Assembly: GCA_018830005.1 (NCBI GenBank)
Contig: JAHJTE010000003.1
Location: 71,674 to 135,673, forward strand
Source: Candidatus Omnitrophota bacterium
GTDB lineage: Bacteria > Omnitrophota > Gorgyraeia > JAHJTE01
Direction of reading: 5' to 3'
DNA: 64,000 nt
This document shows positions 1 to 10,199 of this stretch, in pieces (position 1 is the first letter of the stretch; each line of letters begins with the position of its first letter). The position numbers were made by a program, and so were the translations under genes. The notes beneath the pieces were generated by a model. It was not told the DNA's origin. It was given only the letters and a program-made list of their open reading frames with translations, and did no database searches.

Positions 1-922
1 TATATTTATTTTTTGCCTTCGGTAACACTTCTGAAATTGTCTCAAGATATAACCTTTTCTTTGTAACATCTGGTGCCTTTTTATATTCGGCCCAGGTGGC
101 CAAGAAACGATTGGCCTCACCTTCGGCCCTATTAACCTTATCCAGCTTATAGCCTTCGGCTTCACGGATTGTCTTTTCTGCCACGCCTTTTGCTTTAGGG
201 ATTGCCTTATTGTATGCCTCCCAGGCCTGGTTAATCATGCGCTCTTTCTCCTGCTTTGCCTCATTAACCTCATTAAATGCCGGCTTTACTGTATCAGGTG
301 GATTAACATCTAGAAGTTTGACAGTTACGACTTTAATTCCAGTATCATAAGTGTCCAGCCTCTTCTGCATTTCTAACTGTGCAACATGACCTACCTCTTC
401 TCTATCTGTAGTAAGCACCGAATCTACTCTATAATCTCCCACTAATCGACGCATTACAGCCTCAGATATATCCCTTAATGTCTCTACAGGATTACGCACG
501 TTAAAAAGTAATTTTACAGGGTCATTAACCTTAAACTGCACAATCCAGCGAACATCCAGAATATTAAGATCACCTGTCAGCATAAGCGATTCATCAAGAA
601 ACTTCTGAGGTGAATAGCGAGTCTTAATTCCCGGACTTATGGTCCTTAGGCCAAACTCTTGCTTAAAAACCCTCTTGACCTTTACCGGCGTCACCTTATC
701 AATACCAAAAGGCATCTTAACATGTAGGCCAGGATTCGAAGTGGATTTATACCTACCGAATCTCTGCACTACCCCCACCTCTTCAGGGCCAATAGAATAG
801 ACAGAGCTGGCAAGAAGCGCCAAAATTGCTACACCTACAACCAAGGTAGGCAAAAATTTAACGTAGCGATTTATTTGGGCTCTTCCAACATTAATAATAT
901 CTTCGGGTGTGTTAAACTCCAT
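1..922 (-). CDS. HflK/HflC-like SPFH (band 7) membrane protease modulator, C-terminally truncated by window edge
   Basis: Manual minus-strand translation from ATG at 922 gives MEFNTPEDIINVGRAQINRYVKFLPTLVVGVAILALL... with a TM helix followed by an SPFH-like region (GPEEVGVVQRFGRY...). The frame stays open to position 1, which explains why the ORF track missed it. Confidence 0.75.
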   Translation of the reverse strand, partial: MEFNTPEDIINVGRAQINRYVKFLPTLVVGVAILALLASSVYSIGPEEVGVVQRFGRYKSTSNPGLHVKMPFGIDKVTPVKVKRVFKQEFGLRTISPGIKTRYSPQKFLDESLMLTGDLNILDVRWIVQFKVNDPVKLLFNVRNPVETLRDISEAVMRRLVGDYRVDSVLTTDREEVGHVAQLEMQKRLDTYDTGIKVVTVKLLDVNPPDTVKPAFNEVNEAKQEKERMINQAWEAYNKAIPKAKGVAEKTIREAEGYKLDKVNRAEGEANRFLATWAEYKKAPDVTKKRLYLETISEVLPKAKNKY

Positions 923-1168
923 ATTAAACCTCCTTAAAATGAGTGGATAATCTCGAAGTTCGGGATTATTAGGATGATTTCTTCACCCGCCTGCAAACAT
1001 TCTCTGGCGGATTAATGAGACTGCAAAAGGTCTTCTAATGGATAGAAAAACAGCAGCAATGCAGATTGTAGCCTTATACATCTAAGTTGTCAAGGGGAAA
1101 ATCTTAAAGCTAAAATATTATTGCTTATCAATAAGGGTAATAAGTAATCTCTTCCATAAAATATTCAC

Positions 1169-1666
1169 TTAAACAAGCTGCCTCCAAATCTTCTTATATA
1201 CTTCTAAATCACTATTTGAAAAACAGATAAATCTAATCTCATCAAAGTCCTTTTCAAATTCTTTACCCAGAGTCAAGGCTATTTTTGTTGCTGCTTCAAT
1301 TGGATAGCCATATACGCCTGTACTTATTGCGCAGAATGCGATTGTCTTTAAGTTGTGTTTCTTAGCCAGAAGAAAACTATTTCTATAGCAATTCCTTAAA
1401 AGCTCTGACTCTCTTTTTTCGCCTCCCTGCCATATTGGTCCTGGGGTATGTATAATCCTCTTTGCCTTTAGCTTACCAGCAGCGGTCATCACTGCTTCGC
1501 CAGTTTTACACCCGCCAATCTTACGGCATTCTTCTAAAACTGACAGACCTGCGGCCTTATGAATCGCACCGTCTACGCCGCCACCACCAGCTAATCTAGT
1601 ATTTGCGGCATTAACAATCACATCCACATCTTCAGCTGTTATATCAGCTTTTTTTATAGTTATCAT
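1169..1666 (-). CDS. Macro domain protein (O-acetyl-ADP-ribose deacetylase-like)
   Basis: Motifs [23 protein letters not shown] and [14 protein letters not shown] are typical macro-domain signatures. The likely start is the internal Met (MITIKK) of the 185-aa track ORF. Confidence 0.75.
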   Translation of the reverse strand: MITIKKADITAEDVDVIVNAANTRLAGGGGVDGAIHKAAGLSVLEECRKIGGCKTGEAVMTAAGKLKAKRIIHTPGPIWQGGEKRESELLRNCYRNSFLLAKKHNLKTIAFCAISTGVYGYPIEAATKIALTLGKEFEKDFDEIRFICFSNSDLEVYKKIWRQLV

Positions 1667-1846
1667 GTAGGCTCCTTTGACATTATTATACTCCACCCGG
1701 ACCAATAATCTAAGGATAAATTGCACTATACCCCTAAAATACTTATCCTAAAAATTGACTAGTTATTGTTAGCATGTTATACTTTAAAGAGAAGGGGCTA
1801 TATTGTGTAAAATCAATAACTTAGCTCTATTATCCTAATTAAGATC

Positions 1847-2473
1847 ATGTTTAAGAATAAAAAAGGCTTTAGCCTGATAGAATTAGTAGTGGCAATTGTT
1901 ATTATGGTTATCCTTGCTTTGGCTGCGACTTCGCGCTTTGGCTCATATAACACACTAAGATTAGCCTCAGCAGCAAGAAAGACAGCAGCTGACCTGCAGT
2001 ATGCCCAGCAATTGGCTATAAGCGACAGTACGCTGGTTTCAGCAGGACAAGTAGATGGCTCAACTGCCTTTACTACAAAAGAATGGGTCCTAGAGTTTGA
2101 CACGACTACTAATACTTATACCTTGTATCCGAATGTTTGGTTTTTTGTAATGTCAGGTGATAATTATTTTTTTGATGATCCGATCCAGGACCCTTACACA
2201 AAGGATGATTTCATTGTTGATTTAGAAGAATATGGAGTGAGCATAAACTCTATTAACTGCAATGGAGGAGGAAACGATACTATAATCTTTACTACAGGCA
2301 ATCCTCCAATCTGCGCTCAGAGACAGGCATGCAGCACTCCTATTGGCAATCTGCATTGCTACGGCATTCGCTCACCATTAACTGCAGATGCCACAATAAC
2401 CTTGCAATACGATGCTGATCTAAGCACCCGAAATGTAACAATATCAGAAACAGGAAGGATCCAGGTGCAGTAA
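1847..2473 (+). CDS. Prepilin-type N-terminal cleavage/methylation domain protein (pseudopilin / minor pilin)
   Basis: N-terminus KKGFSLIELVVAIVIMVILA is a classic class III signal peptide: G|FSLIE followed by a hydrophobic helix. Confidence 0.7.
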   Translation: MFKNKKGFSLIELVVAIVIMVILALAATSRFGSYNTLRLASAARKTAADLQYAQQLAISDSTLVSAGQVDGSTAFTTKEWVLEFDTTTNTYTLYPNVWFFVMSGDNYFFDDPIQDPYTKDDFIVDLEEYGVSINSINCNGGGNDTIIFTTGNPPICAQRQACSTPIGNLHCYGIRSPLTADATITLQYDADLSTRNVTISETGRIQVQ

Positions 2474-2940
2474 TGAAACTTAAAATAAGAGCGGTTAGTC
2501 TGATTGAATTACTTATATTGATGGCTGTTTTGGCTATCAGCGTGTCGCCTCTTCTGTTCATGTTTAATAATGCCTTCAGGTCTCAAGAAATGAACCTGAT
2601 TATTACAAAGGCGACTTTTCTGGCTCAGGAGATAATGGAGACGCAGACGTTCAGGGATTTTTATGATCTGCAAAATGATGCCATTGTTTATTTAGATCAA
2701 ACAGGAGACTTTTCTTCTCTCTTAGGTATATGTACTGGAAATGAATGCGTTCAGGAACCAGATTATAACTTCCAATACAGCATCCGATGTATTTATCCTA
2801 ATGTAGCAGATTTAGGAAGTGCTGCAGCAGTACTGCCTTTGGGAGAATATAGCAATTACGTGCGTATAAATGCCCGAGTCTGGCATAATGATTTTCCTAA
2901 TAGGGTAGTGGAGCTGGCAACCTTGGTTACTCCTGATTAA
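2473..2940 (+). CDS. Putative minor pseudopilin
   Basis: N-terminal SLIELLILMAVLAI hydrophobic segment. Start overlaps the upstream stop (ATGA), consistent with an operon. Confidence 0.45.
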   Translation: MKLKIRAVSLIELLILMAVLAISVSPLLFMFNNAFRSQEMNLIITKATFLAQEIMETQTFRDFYDLQNDAIVYLDQTGDFSSLLGICTGNECVQEPDYNFQYSIRCIYPNVADLGSAAAVLPLGEYSNYVRINARVWHNDFPNRVVELATLVTPD

Positions 2941-2955
2941 GCTCTTGAATCACTG

Positions 2956-3585
2956 GTGGAAACGTATATGAAAAACATAATGATTTTATTCAAATCCAGA
3001 TATTCTAAACGAAACAGAGATTCACTAAAGGGCTTCTCTCTTATCGAACTATGTATCTCAATAGCGATCATGGGCATTTTAGCAGTTATCTTTGCTCCTG
3101 TAATGAGCATGGGTATAGAGTCAGCCCTTTTTAACCTGGACCGTAATTATGTAATAAGAGAGGCTAGAGGCGTTCTTCATACCATGGCCATGGAGATAAG
3201 TAGGGCTGATGTAATAGATGATTCTGACTCTGCCTCTATTACGTTTCATCCTGCAGGAATACCTCCTGCTGACCGGGTGACGTTTACCAGCTCAGGGACG
3301 AGTCAAGAAAACGTTGCTAGGAGCTACTTTGATGATGCTAGCTCTTCAACAACAACTAAGACGATCACTCTTTGTTGCGATAATCCTCCCTGCTGCGACA
3401 GTCCACCTTGTCTGCCGGTGTATTTTGAATATGTGCCATATTGGGGAGGAGTAACCTGGAATTCTTGTGGAGCAGGAATAAATTGTAACGAGGTTCGATT
3501 AGTTAGAATACAGTTGCGCATGAACAGAGAAAGCGGCAGTGAGATTACGCTAACCACAAGTGTAAGACTGCGTAATATGCAATGA
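2956..3585 (+). CDS. Prepilin-type N-terminal cleavage/methylation domain protein
   Basis: KGFSLIELCISIAIMGILAV class III signal. Cys-rich C-terminal region (CCDNPPCCDSPPC). Confidence 0.65.
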   Translation: METYMKNIMILFKSRYSKRNRDSLKGFSLIELCISIAIMGILAVIFAPVMSMGIESALFNLDRNYVIREARGVLHTMAMEISRADVIDDSDSASITFHPAGIPPADRVTFTSSGTSQENVARSYFDDASSSTTTKTITLCCDNPPCCDSPPCLPVYFEYVPYWGGVTWNSCGAGINCNEVRLVRIQLRMNRESGSEITLTTSVRLRNMQ

Positions 3586-3595
3586 GGCTATAATC

Positions 3596-5011
3596 ATGAA
3601 AATTAAAAGCCCAATAAAGATATGCTTAAACTCAGAAAAAGCCATAGCCTTAATCCTGGGCATATGGATTATACTGGCATTCTCAGTTCTTGGGCTCCTA
3701 TCCCTATCCATAACCACTTCTGAGGATGATATCTACATTAAGTATTTAAATTCTGTCCAGGCCTTTTATCTGGCAGAGGCAGGCAGACATTATGCCTATG
3801 ATTACTATCTAGGCTGGGGCATAGAATTTACTGATGAAGATTCATTCCCAGAAACTGTAACTAAGAATTTTGGCTCAGGCTCATTTAGAATAACCTATGA
3901 TCCTTATATGCCAGCTAGCAGAGCGCAAAAATCCACTAACTTGGTTGTACAGGCAACACAGGCAGATGCAAAGAGAAGAATTAATCAGGCTATTGAAATA
4001 CCTAATAGAAGCAGTGGCACTGATGACTCTTACCTAATATATGGAATTACTGGTACTGCTTTCGATACCGCAGGTATTTATGACTCTGATATTAAAAGCG
4101 GGGGTGTCTATTCCAGCTCTATTATAGGAAGTGCAATATTTCAGGATATAAACTTTGGCTCTGTATCAGCTCATATCCAAAATGTATATACTAAGGCCCA
4201 TGTAAATAAAAGCGTCACATTCACTAATTGCACCGGCTATATTGATAACCTTTTTGTTGAAGGGCCAGCTACTATTACTATAAATGGCGGCTCACTGAAC
4301 ATATCTAATATATCTTATGCAGCTCTGCCTGTGCCTATTCCTGGTGGAGGAGGACATCTTCTTTCTAAAATGACTTATGTATCACACATAACAAAGGCTG
4401 AAAATCAAAATGTTGGGGGTGCGGTTCTTAGCGGCGACCTAACAGGAAAGGCCTACTATTTTGATAGTGCCCTTGTCTCTATTAACGGAAATCTTTCGGG
4501 TGGGCCAGCTATTATTGTCGTAGCCAGAGAAGGCTCAGACGCTGGTGATATCAGCATTGCTAATGGAGTCAACATCGGTGATAGAATTACCCTTGTTGCC
4601 AAAAGGCATATCATTGTTGGGGATAACGTAGTCATAGGCGGCACCCTGCAGGGATCTGGTAGTTCAGAATATATTGATGGCAGGGGCTGCTTTCTGCATG
4701 CTAATGCTGGCGATATTACTGTTGGAATAAATGCGCGTATAAAGGCCTCTATGCAGACCGACTCAGATGCCGTTCTTCCTAAAACTAAAATTGTACTAGG
4801 AGCAGGCTCTAAGGTCTGGGGCTTAGTAGCACCTGGTAGAGACGGAATTGGAAATCCAGGCTCGACAAGGACTATCTACGGCTCTCTGCGACCACGCAAT
4901 AGCACCTCTACTACCACAGTTAGAGATATTGATATATACCATGACAGCGAGCCACATATCATAGGACACATCACTGACTTTAGCTCTCAAGGCATCTGGA
5001 GAGCTTTCTAA
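3596..5011 (+). CDS. Large PilX/PilY-like minor pilin-associated protein with N-terminal TM anchor
   Basis: N-terminal TM helix followed by YLAEAGRHYAYDY (PilX_N-like). Long Gly/Ser/Thr-rich repetitive beta-rich C-terminal region. Fourth gene of the pseudopilin cluster. Confidence 0.45.
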   Translation: MKIKSPIKICLNSEKAIALILGIWIILAFSVLGLLSLSITTSEDDIYIKYLNSVQAFYLAEAGRHYAYDYYLGWGIEFTDEDSFPETVTKNFGSGSFRITYDPYMPASRAQKSTNLVVQATQADAKRRINQAIEIPNRSSGTDDSYLIYGITGTAFDTAGIYDSDIKSGGVYSSSIIGSAIFQDINFGSVSAHIQNVYTKAHVNKSVTFTNCTGYIDNLFVEGPATITINGGSLNISNISYAALPVPIPGGGGHLLSKMTYVSHITKAENQNVGGAVLSGDLTGKAYYFDSALVSINGNLSGGPAIIVVAREGSDAGDISIANGVNIGDRITLVAKRHIIVGDNVVIGGTLQGSGSSEYIDGRGCFLHANAGDITVGINARIKASMQTDSDAVLPKTKIVLGAGSKVWGLVAPGRDGIGNPGSTRTIYGSLRPRNSTSTTTVRDIDIYHDSEPHIIGHITDFSSQGIWRAF

Positions 5012-5155
5012 AACAATCTCCTCCCTCTTTTGCTTCTCTTAAAACCCTGTTTTCTTAAGAAGAAAGAAATCTCTATTAATTCCTTTAGAGAAATTTAGAA
5101 AAATCTGCATTAAGAAGAAATTTGATGAAAGAATTGTTGCTAATTAAGGTGGGGC

Positions 5156-5521
5156 TTAACGAATCAGAAACCTATTCTTTACCTTCTTTGCCTTGAAAAA
5201 TTGACAGGTGAATTCTCTTGCGAGTGCATGGTTGTATTCCTTACAGGAAAAGATGTTTATATATGCCTTGTCCCAAAGTTCAGAAAAATGACCTGTAATA
5301 GAGCTTGTTTCGATCAACTGCACCAAGGAATACCCTTTGGTGAACGCCTGGTTTTCGCCAAAATAAGGAAGCAGTGTTTTTCCGTACTTTTTCATCTTTA
5401 TCAGCTTGCATAATTTATCAACGTATTCCTGCAGTTTTTTCCTGGAACTAAGGACTTCCTTATTGCAGCCGGATAAATCCATTACCAATTCGTAACCAAA
5501 AACCTTTTTACTTTTTGCCAT
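5156..5521 (-). CDS. S-adenosylmethionine decarboxylase-like (pyruvoyl enzyme) paralog, possibly arginine decarboxylase-type
   Basis: Conserved GYSLVQLIETSSITGHFSE block aligns with the AdoMetDC class 1 motif but lacks the canonical ES-H processing site. Overlaps the speE start. Confidence 0.55.
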   Translation of the reverse strand: MAKSKKVFGYELVMDLSGCNKEVLSSRKKLQEYVDKLCKLIKMKKYGKTLLPYFGENQAFTKGYSLVQLIETSSITGHFSELWDKAYINIFSCKEYNHALAREFTCQFFKAKKVKNRFLIR

Positions 5522-6356
5522 TTACTATCCCCCTTAAGTAACTAGGTAATTTAGAACTAGCAAAATGAATCTGTGGATTATAATATTTTGTTTTTAAATT
5601 TAACTTTTTGTATCTAGACTCTATTTTCCTAAAAGATAAACCTTGAAAATTAATTCCTTTTGCCCCAATAAGAAAACTAAAAAAGCCGCCAATGTATGTT
5701 GGTATAGCAGCAAGTCCTATAGTTACAGAAGGAAAAATTTTCTTAAGCAGTTTATAATTCTGTTTTAGCTCATCCTGCTGCAGCATGCTAGAACCTGCCT
5801 GTCTTATCATTATACCTCTATTCTTCAATATTGAAAATATATCTTTGTAAAATTTTTTGCCAAAGAGTACCTTTGCCGGCCCTACTGGATCAGGGGAATC
5901 AACGATCACTATATCAAATTCTTTACTTTTATCTCTCACAAACCTCGCCCCATCATCAAGGATTATACTTAGCCGCTTATCGCAAAAGGCGCCTTTTGAT
6001 AAAGACGGCAGGTATTTTTTTGAAGCGCGGATTACTTCTGTGTCAATCTCCACTAAATCAACATGCCTAACTTTATGCCTTAAGACCTCCCGTAATATAC
6101 CTCCGTCTCCGGCGCCAATAACCAAAACATCCTTTGGATTTGGATGTGCGAAAAGAACCGGATGAGTAAGCATCTCATGATAAATGAATTCATCATTTTC
6201 CGTAGTCTGGATTACGTTATCTAAGAGCATCAGCTTTCCAAAGCGATGATTCTTATATATCTTCAAATCCTGATAGGCAGTTTTTTTCCGATGCAGGAGT
6301 CTACCATTGAAACCCAACCTCACATCAGGATATAATGTCTCGTGAAACCAGCTCAC
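5508..6356 (-). CDS. speE: Spermidine synthase / polyamine aminopropyltransferase
   Basis: FIYHEMLTHPVLFAHPNPKDVLVIGAGDGGILREVLRH and VDLVEID motifs. Confidence 0.85.
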   Translation of the reverse strand: MSWFHETLYPDVRLGFNGRLLHRKKTAYQDLKIYKNHRFGKLMLLDNVIQTTENDEFIYHEMLTHPVLFAHPNPKDVLVIGAGDGGILREVLRHKVRHVDLVEIDTEVIRASKKYLPSLSKGAFCDKRLSIILDDGARFVRDKSKEFDIVIVDSPDPVGPAKVLFGKKFYKDIFSILKNRGIMIRQAGSSMLQQDELKQNYKLLKKIFPSVTIGLAAIPTYIGGFFSFLIGAKGINFQGLSFRKIESRYKKLNLKTKYYNPQIHFASSKLPSYLRGIVNGKK

Positions 6357-6727
6357 ATTATGCCTCTCTTTACTTCTACCACCTGTATTCTTTTGGGTCT
6401 AAAACCTTGCTTTATAGTCTTGAGCGCCTTATAAGGATCGACGTTACCACAGACAAATATATCCATGGCTGCATACTTATACTCCGGCCAGGTGTGAATA
6501 CTCAAATGTGATTCGGAAATCACTGCAACTCCAGATATTCCACTATAAGGAGAAAATTTATGGAGTGATATTTTAAGAAGGGTTGCTTGGCAGGCCTTAA
6601 CAGAATCTTTTAATATCTTTCTGATTTTAACAAGAGATGAGAAATGCCGACCATCCCAAAGCTCAATAAGCAGGTGAGTCCCGGCATATTTTATATCTTG
6701 ACGACTGGAACAATACTCTTTTTTCAT
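6353..6727 (-). CDS. speH: S-adenosylmethionine decarboxylase proenzyme (class 1B, pyruvoyl)
   Basis: GISGVAVISESHLSIHTWPEYKYAAMDIFVCG is the canonical AdoMetDC signature, including the ES processing site. Confidence 0.85.
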   Translation of the reverse strand: MKKEYCSSRQDIKYAGTHLLIELWDGRHFSSLVKIRKILKDSVKACQATLLKISLHKFSPYSGISGVAVISESHLSIHTWPEYKYAAMDIFVCGNVDPYKALKTIKQGFRPKRIQVVEVKRGIM

Positions 6728-6940
6728 CCCCTCGCTTTATTCTCTCTCTCGTGGATCGCATATAGTCCTTGAATCTTATATTTACCTTATATTAAAGCAA
6801 TTTTTCACCAATTTGCAAGAGTTTTTTAATCTTTTTTAAGAAAAGGCTTATTTGCGTCTTTCAGCTGCTCTTCTCTTTGCACTTGAAAGCAAGCCTTGCA
6901 AAGAGAGCCTATCCTATAAAGCTTAACTTGATTTTATCTT

Positions 6941-7297
6941 TTATACCTTTAAAAATATTATGCCCATAATAATGTAAATTACTGCCAAGCTCTTATATAA
7001 CTTTACAGGCTGTTTAGAAAACCACTCTAAAAGCCTATCCGTCGCCTTGCCTTTTAAGAGGAGAAAGGCCTTGATAATAGCAACTATTGCAAAAAGCATA
7101 AATACCTTAGCCCACAAACCGCTTGCTTCAAGTCCGGCGACAATAAAAAGAAATGCAATAACTATTGCCAACGCAAACAAATATCTTTTTACTTTCTTTG
7201 TGGTCTTCTTTAGCAATTTGTTCTTAAGCCATTCTGGTTTTAGAAAAAACACGATTCCCCAAATAATAAATAACCATCCCAAAATCTTTACAATCAT
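6941..7297 (-). CDS. Small hypothetical membrane protein
   Basis: Three predicted hydrophobic helices. No recognisable catalytic motif. Confidence 0.35.
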   Translation of the reverse strand: MIVKILGWLFIIWGIVFFLKPEWLKNKLLKKTTKKVKRYLFALAIVIAFLFIVAGLEASGLWAKVFMLFAIVAIIKAFLLLKGKATDRLLEWFSKQPVKLYKSLAVIYIIMGIIFLKV

Positions 7298-7316
7298 TTC
7301 TGCCTCCTTTTCTACG

Positions 7317-8399
7317 TTATAATTCTATCCTCTTGCCGTGCTCATCAAAGAAATACATCTTTTTTGCATCAATCTTTAATCTGACAAGCTTTGTTGAGCT
7401 TAAGGCAAGACCCTCATCTATCTTCATGGTTATTTCTACATCTTGAGACAAAGATATATGAGCATAGTGGTCTTCTTCTAATGTCTGCGTAAAGATAATC
7501 TCACCGACAAGCTCACCTCCTTCGGAAATCTTAACTGCAGTAGGCCGGAATCCAAGATATACCATATTATCGTTATGTCGCTCTAGCTTCGCTTGAAACT
7601 CTAAGGGTATAACGAGCTTAAAATCTAAATTTTTAAGAACCAATTTTTCTTCAAATCTGGTTACCTTTGCCTGGATTATATTCATTGCCGGCATTCCCAT
7701 GAATCCGGCAATGAAAAGATTAGCAGGATCATGGTAGATTTGAGAAGGTGCTCCTATCTGTTGAATCTGACCGTCTTTTAGCACAACAATAAGTTCCCCT
7801 AATGCAAGGGCCTCTTGCTGATCATGGGTTACATAAATTGTCGTCTTTTTAAACTGTTTATGAAGTTTTATAAATTCTGTCCGCGATTGAACACGCAGAC
7901 GCGCATCAAGATTAGAAAGCGGTTCATCGAAAAGAAATAACTTAGGCTCTCTCACTATCGCCCGACCCGTTGCCACCCTTTGTTTCTGAGCCCCGGAAAG
8001 CTCTCCAGGAAAATTCTCGAGCTTATCCTTTATGCCCAATAACTCACTTGTCGCTCTGATCCTTACGCGTATATCCTTCTCCATCAATCCCTTAATTCGC
8101 AGGCCAAATGCCATATTCTCATAAACTGAAAGGTGCGGATAAAGCGCATAATTCTGAAACACAAAAGCAATATCACGCTTATGTACGGGAAGCTTTGTTA
8201 TGTCCTTGCCTTCAAAGTATATCTTGCCAGAATCTGCCTCTTCCAAGCCAGCGATGACGTTAAGAAGTGTTGACTTGCCGCATCCAGAAGGACCAAGCAC
8301 AACGCAAAATTGGCCTTGCTTTATCTCTAGATTGATACCGACGAGCGCCTTTAGTTTACCGAAATCTTTTGAAATATCTACTAATTCTAAACTAGTCAT
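7317..8399 (-). CDS. ABC transporter ATP-binding protein, MalK/UgpC-type (carbohydrate)
   Basis: Walker A GPSGCGKST, signature LSGAQKQRVA, Walker B LFLFDEPLSNLD, and a C-terminal MalK-like regulatory domain. Confidence 0.85.
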   Translation of the reverse strand: MTSLELVDISKDFGKLKALVGINLEIKQGQFCVVLGPSGCGKSTLLNVIAGLEEADSGKIYFEGKDITKLPVHKRDIAFVFQNYALYPHLSVYENMAFGLRIKGLMEKDIRVRIRATSELLGIKDKLENFPGELSGAQKQRVATGRAIVREPKLFLFDEPLSNLDARLRVQSRTEFIKLHKQFKKTTIYVTHDQQEALALGELIVVLKDGQIQQIGAPSQIYHDPANLFIAGFMGMPAMNIIQAKVTRFEEKLVLKNLDFKLVIPLEFQAKLERHNDNMVYLGFRPTAVKISEGGELVGEIIFTQTLEEDHYAHISLSQDVEITMKIDEGLALSSTKLVRLKIDAKKMYFFDEHGKRIEL

Positions 8400-8402
8400 A
8401 AT

Positions 8403-9209
8403 CTACCCCTTTATTGCACCGGAAAGATATTCTGCCTTTATATATTTCTGAAAAGTAAAAGTTAATATCAAAACAGGAATAGTAATAATCATTGCATAGG
8501 TTGCTGAATAAAATATGTCTGGGTGTGATACATAATAATACATCTTAAGCGGCAGGGTCGGATGTGCTAGGGTCAAATAAGACGCATATATGAATTCATC
8601 CCAAGAAAGTAAAAATGAGAATATTCCGGCAACAACTATACCGCTAAGTGAAAGCGGTAAAACTATCCAGATGAATGCCCTTAATCTAGAGCAACCATCA
8701 ATGCGTGCCTGCTTTTCAAGATCAATTGGTATGCTAGAAAATATCCCGACAAGGATAAAACAAGCAACTGGTAAGATCTTTATAAGGTGTGCGATAGCCA
8801 GACCGAAATAAGTATCAAAAAGACCAATTTTTATAAAGCCGATTGATATCGGTAGGGCTATGCTTATCTCCGGCATCATCCTAAGCATAAATATAAGTAA
8901 AATTAATATATAGCGCAAGCGATAATTGAATTTTGAGATAGCATAGGCTGAAGGTATAGCAATTAATAAACTAAAAAACGTAGACAGGAGCGCAACTACA
9001 AGACTCTTTCTTAGCGGCAAGAAAAACGTTCCTCGGGAGGCAAATATATCTTTAAAATGACTTAAGGTAAAATGCCTTATTAGATAGGATGGTTTTTCAG
9101 TAAAGATATCACTTGGCTGACTCACTGATATCTTAAACATTATATAGAGCGGAAAAAGCAAAAGGATCGTAAAGATAATAACTACTAAGAATATGGTTGC
9201 TTGCTTCAT
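8403..9209 (-). CDS. ABC transporter permease (MalG-like)
   Basis: Six TM helices in the track ORF. Adjacent to the ATPase in operon arrangement. Confidence 0.8.
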   Translation of the reverse strand: MKQATIFLVVIIFTILLLFPLYIMFKISVSQPSDIFTEKPSYLIRHFTLSHFKDIFASRGTFFLPLRKSLVVALLSTFFSLLIAIPSAYAISKFNYRLRYILILLIFMLRMMPEISIALPISIGFIKIGLFDTYFGLAIAHLIKILPVACFILVGIFSSIPIDLEKQARIDGCSRLRAFIWIVLPLSLSGIVVAGIFSFLLSWDEFIYASYLTLAHPTLPLKMYYYVSHPDIFYSATYAMIITIPVLILTFTFQKYIKAEYLSGAIKG

Positions 9210-9240
9210 CTCTTAAAATATTTTTTTATTTGATTCTAAA

Positions 9241-10104
9241 TTAAGCTAGGCTTAACCCCTTCTTACCCACTGCCTTTATGTAAATTACTAAGGCTGCTAA
9301 TATCATTATAAATAACAACACAGAACTTGCCGCAGAAAGATAGGCATTATTATATTCGGCATATTCCAAATAGGCATAGGTACCCAAGACTTTCAAGTTC
9401 TGCCCCATTAAAATAAATGGCAGTGCAAAAATCCTAAAGGCATCAATACCACGAATAATTACAGCACAGGTTATGTAAGGAGCTAGCAATGGCAGGGTTA
9501 TCTGTCTGAAGATATGTAAACTCCCTGCACCGTCAACGCGTGCCTGTCTGTATAAATCCTTATCTATGGACTGGATGCCAGCTAAAAGTATCAACATTAC
9601 AAGCGGCGTTACCTTCCAACAATCTGCTAAAACAATCATAATCAAACTATTTATGCCGCCCGACATCCAAGAAATAGGTGCCTTTATCAAAGATAAATCC
9701 ATTAGTATCCTATTAATCCAGCCTGAACTTGAAAATATATAACTCATCATAACTGCAACTACAACCGTAGGGATAGCAAGCGGCAGGATAAAAAGCATAC
9801 GCAAGCCCGCTGTTATCTTGGTATTTCTGGATAATATCAGTGCTAAAATTAAACCAAGTGTAATCTCCAGGACCAGGCTTACTCCGGCAATAAATATGGT
9901 ATTGTATAGTGCCTTTCTAAAGCTTGCCTGCTGGATGAGATCTTTATAATTTGAAAGGCTAAATTGATTGCTAAGGGTATCTTTAAAACTTAAGATTAGA
10001 GTACGCCAGATAGGTAAAAACATAAAACATAATAAAAAAATCAGTAAGGGAGAAATAAGTATTATCTCCAAGTACCATCTCTTTATGAATTTTATAAATC
10101 TCAT
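9241..10104 (-). CDS. ABC transporter permease (MalF/UgpA-like)
   Basis: Multi-TM permease with an EAA-type region (ARVDGAGSLHIFRQITLPLL). Confidence 0.8.
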   Translation of the reverse strand: MRFIKFIKRWYLEIILISPLLIFLLCFMFLPIWRTLILSFKDTLSNQFSLSNYKDLIQQASFRKALYNTIFIAGVSLVLEITLGLILALILSRNTKITAGLRMLFILPLAIPTVVVAVMMSYIFSSSGWINRILMDLSLIKAPISWMSGGINSLIMIVLADCWKVTPLVMLILLAGIQSIDKDLYRQARVDGAGSLHIFRQITLPLLAPYITCAVIIRGIDAFRIFALPFILMGQNLKVLGTYAYLEYAEYNNAYLSAASSVLLFIMILAALVIYIKAVGKKGLSLA

Positions 10105-10199
10105 CTAATATTATTATGCTCCAGATAATAAAAAAACCAAGCGCAAAACTTGGAAATTATTGTCTATCTGGGTAATCTAAATTTTTTATCGCTAAGTAA

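Noticed and set aside
5831-6165. Two plus-strand ORFs (79 and 102 aa) inside speE
   Set aside because: Antisense to the strongly supported spermidine synthase gene; no start context.
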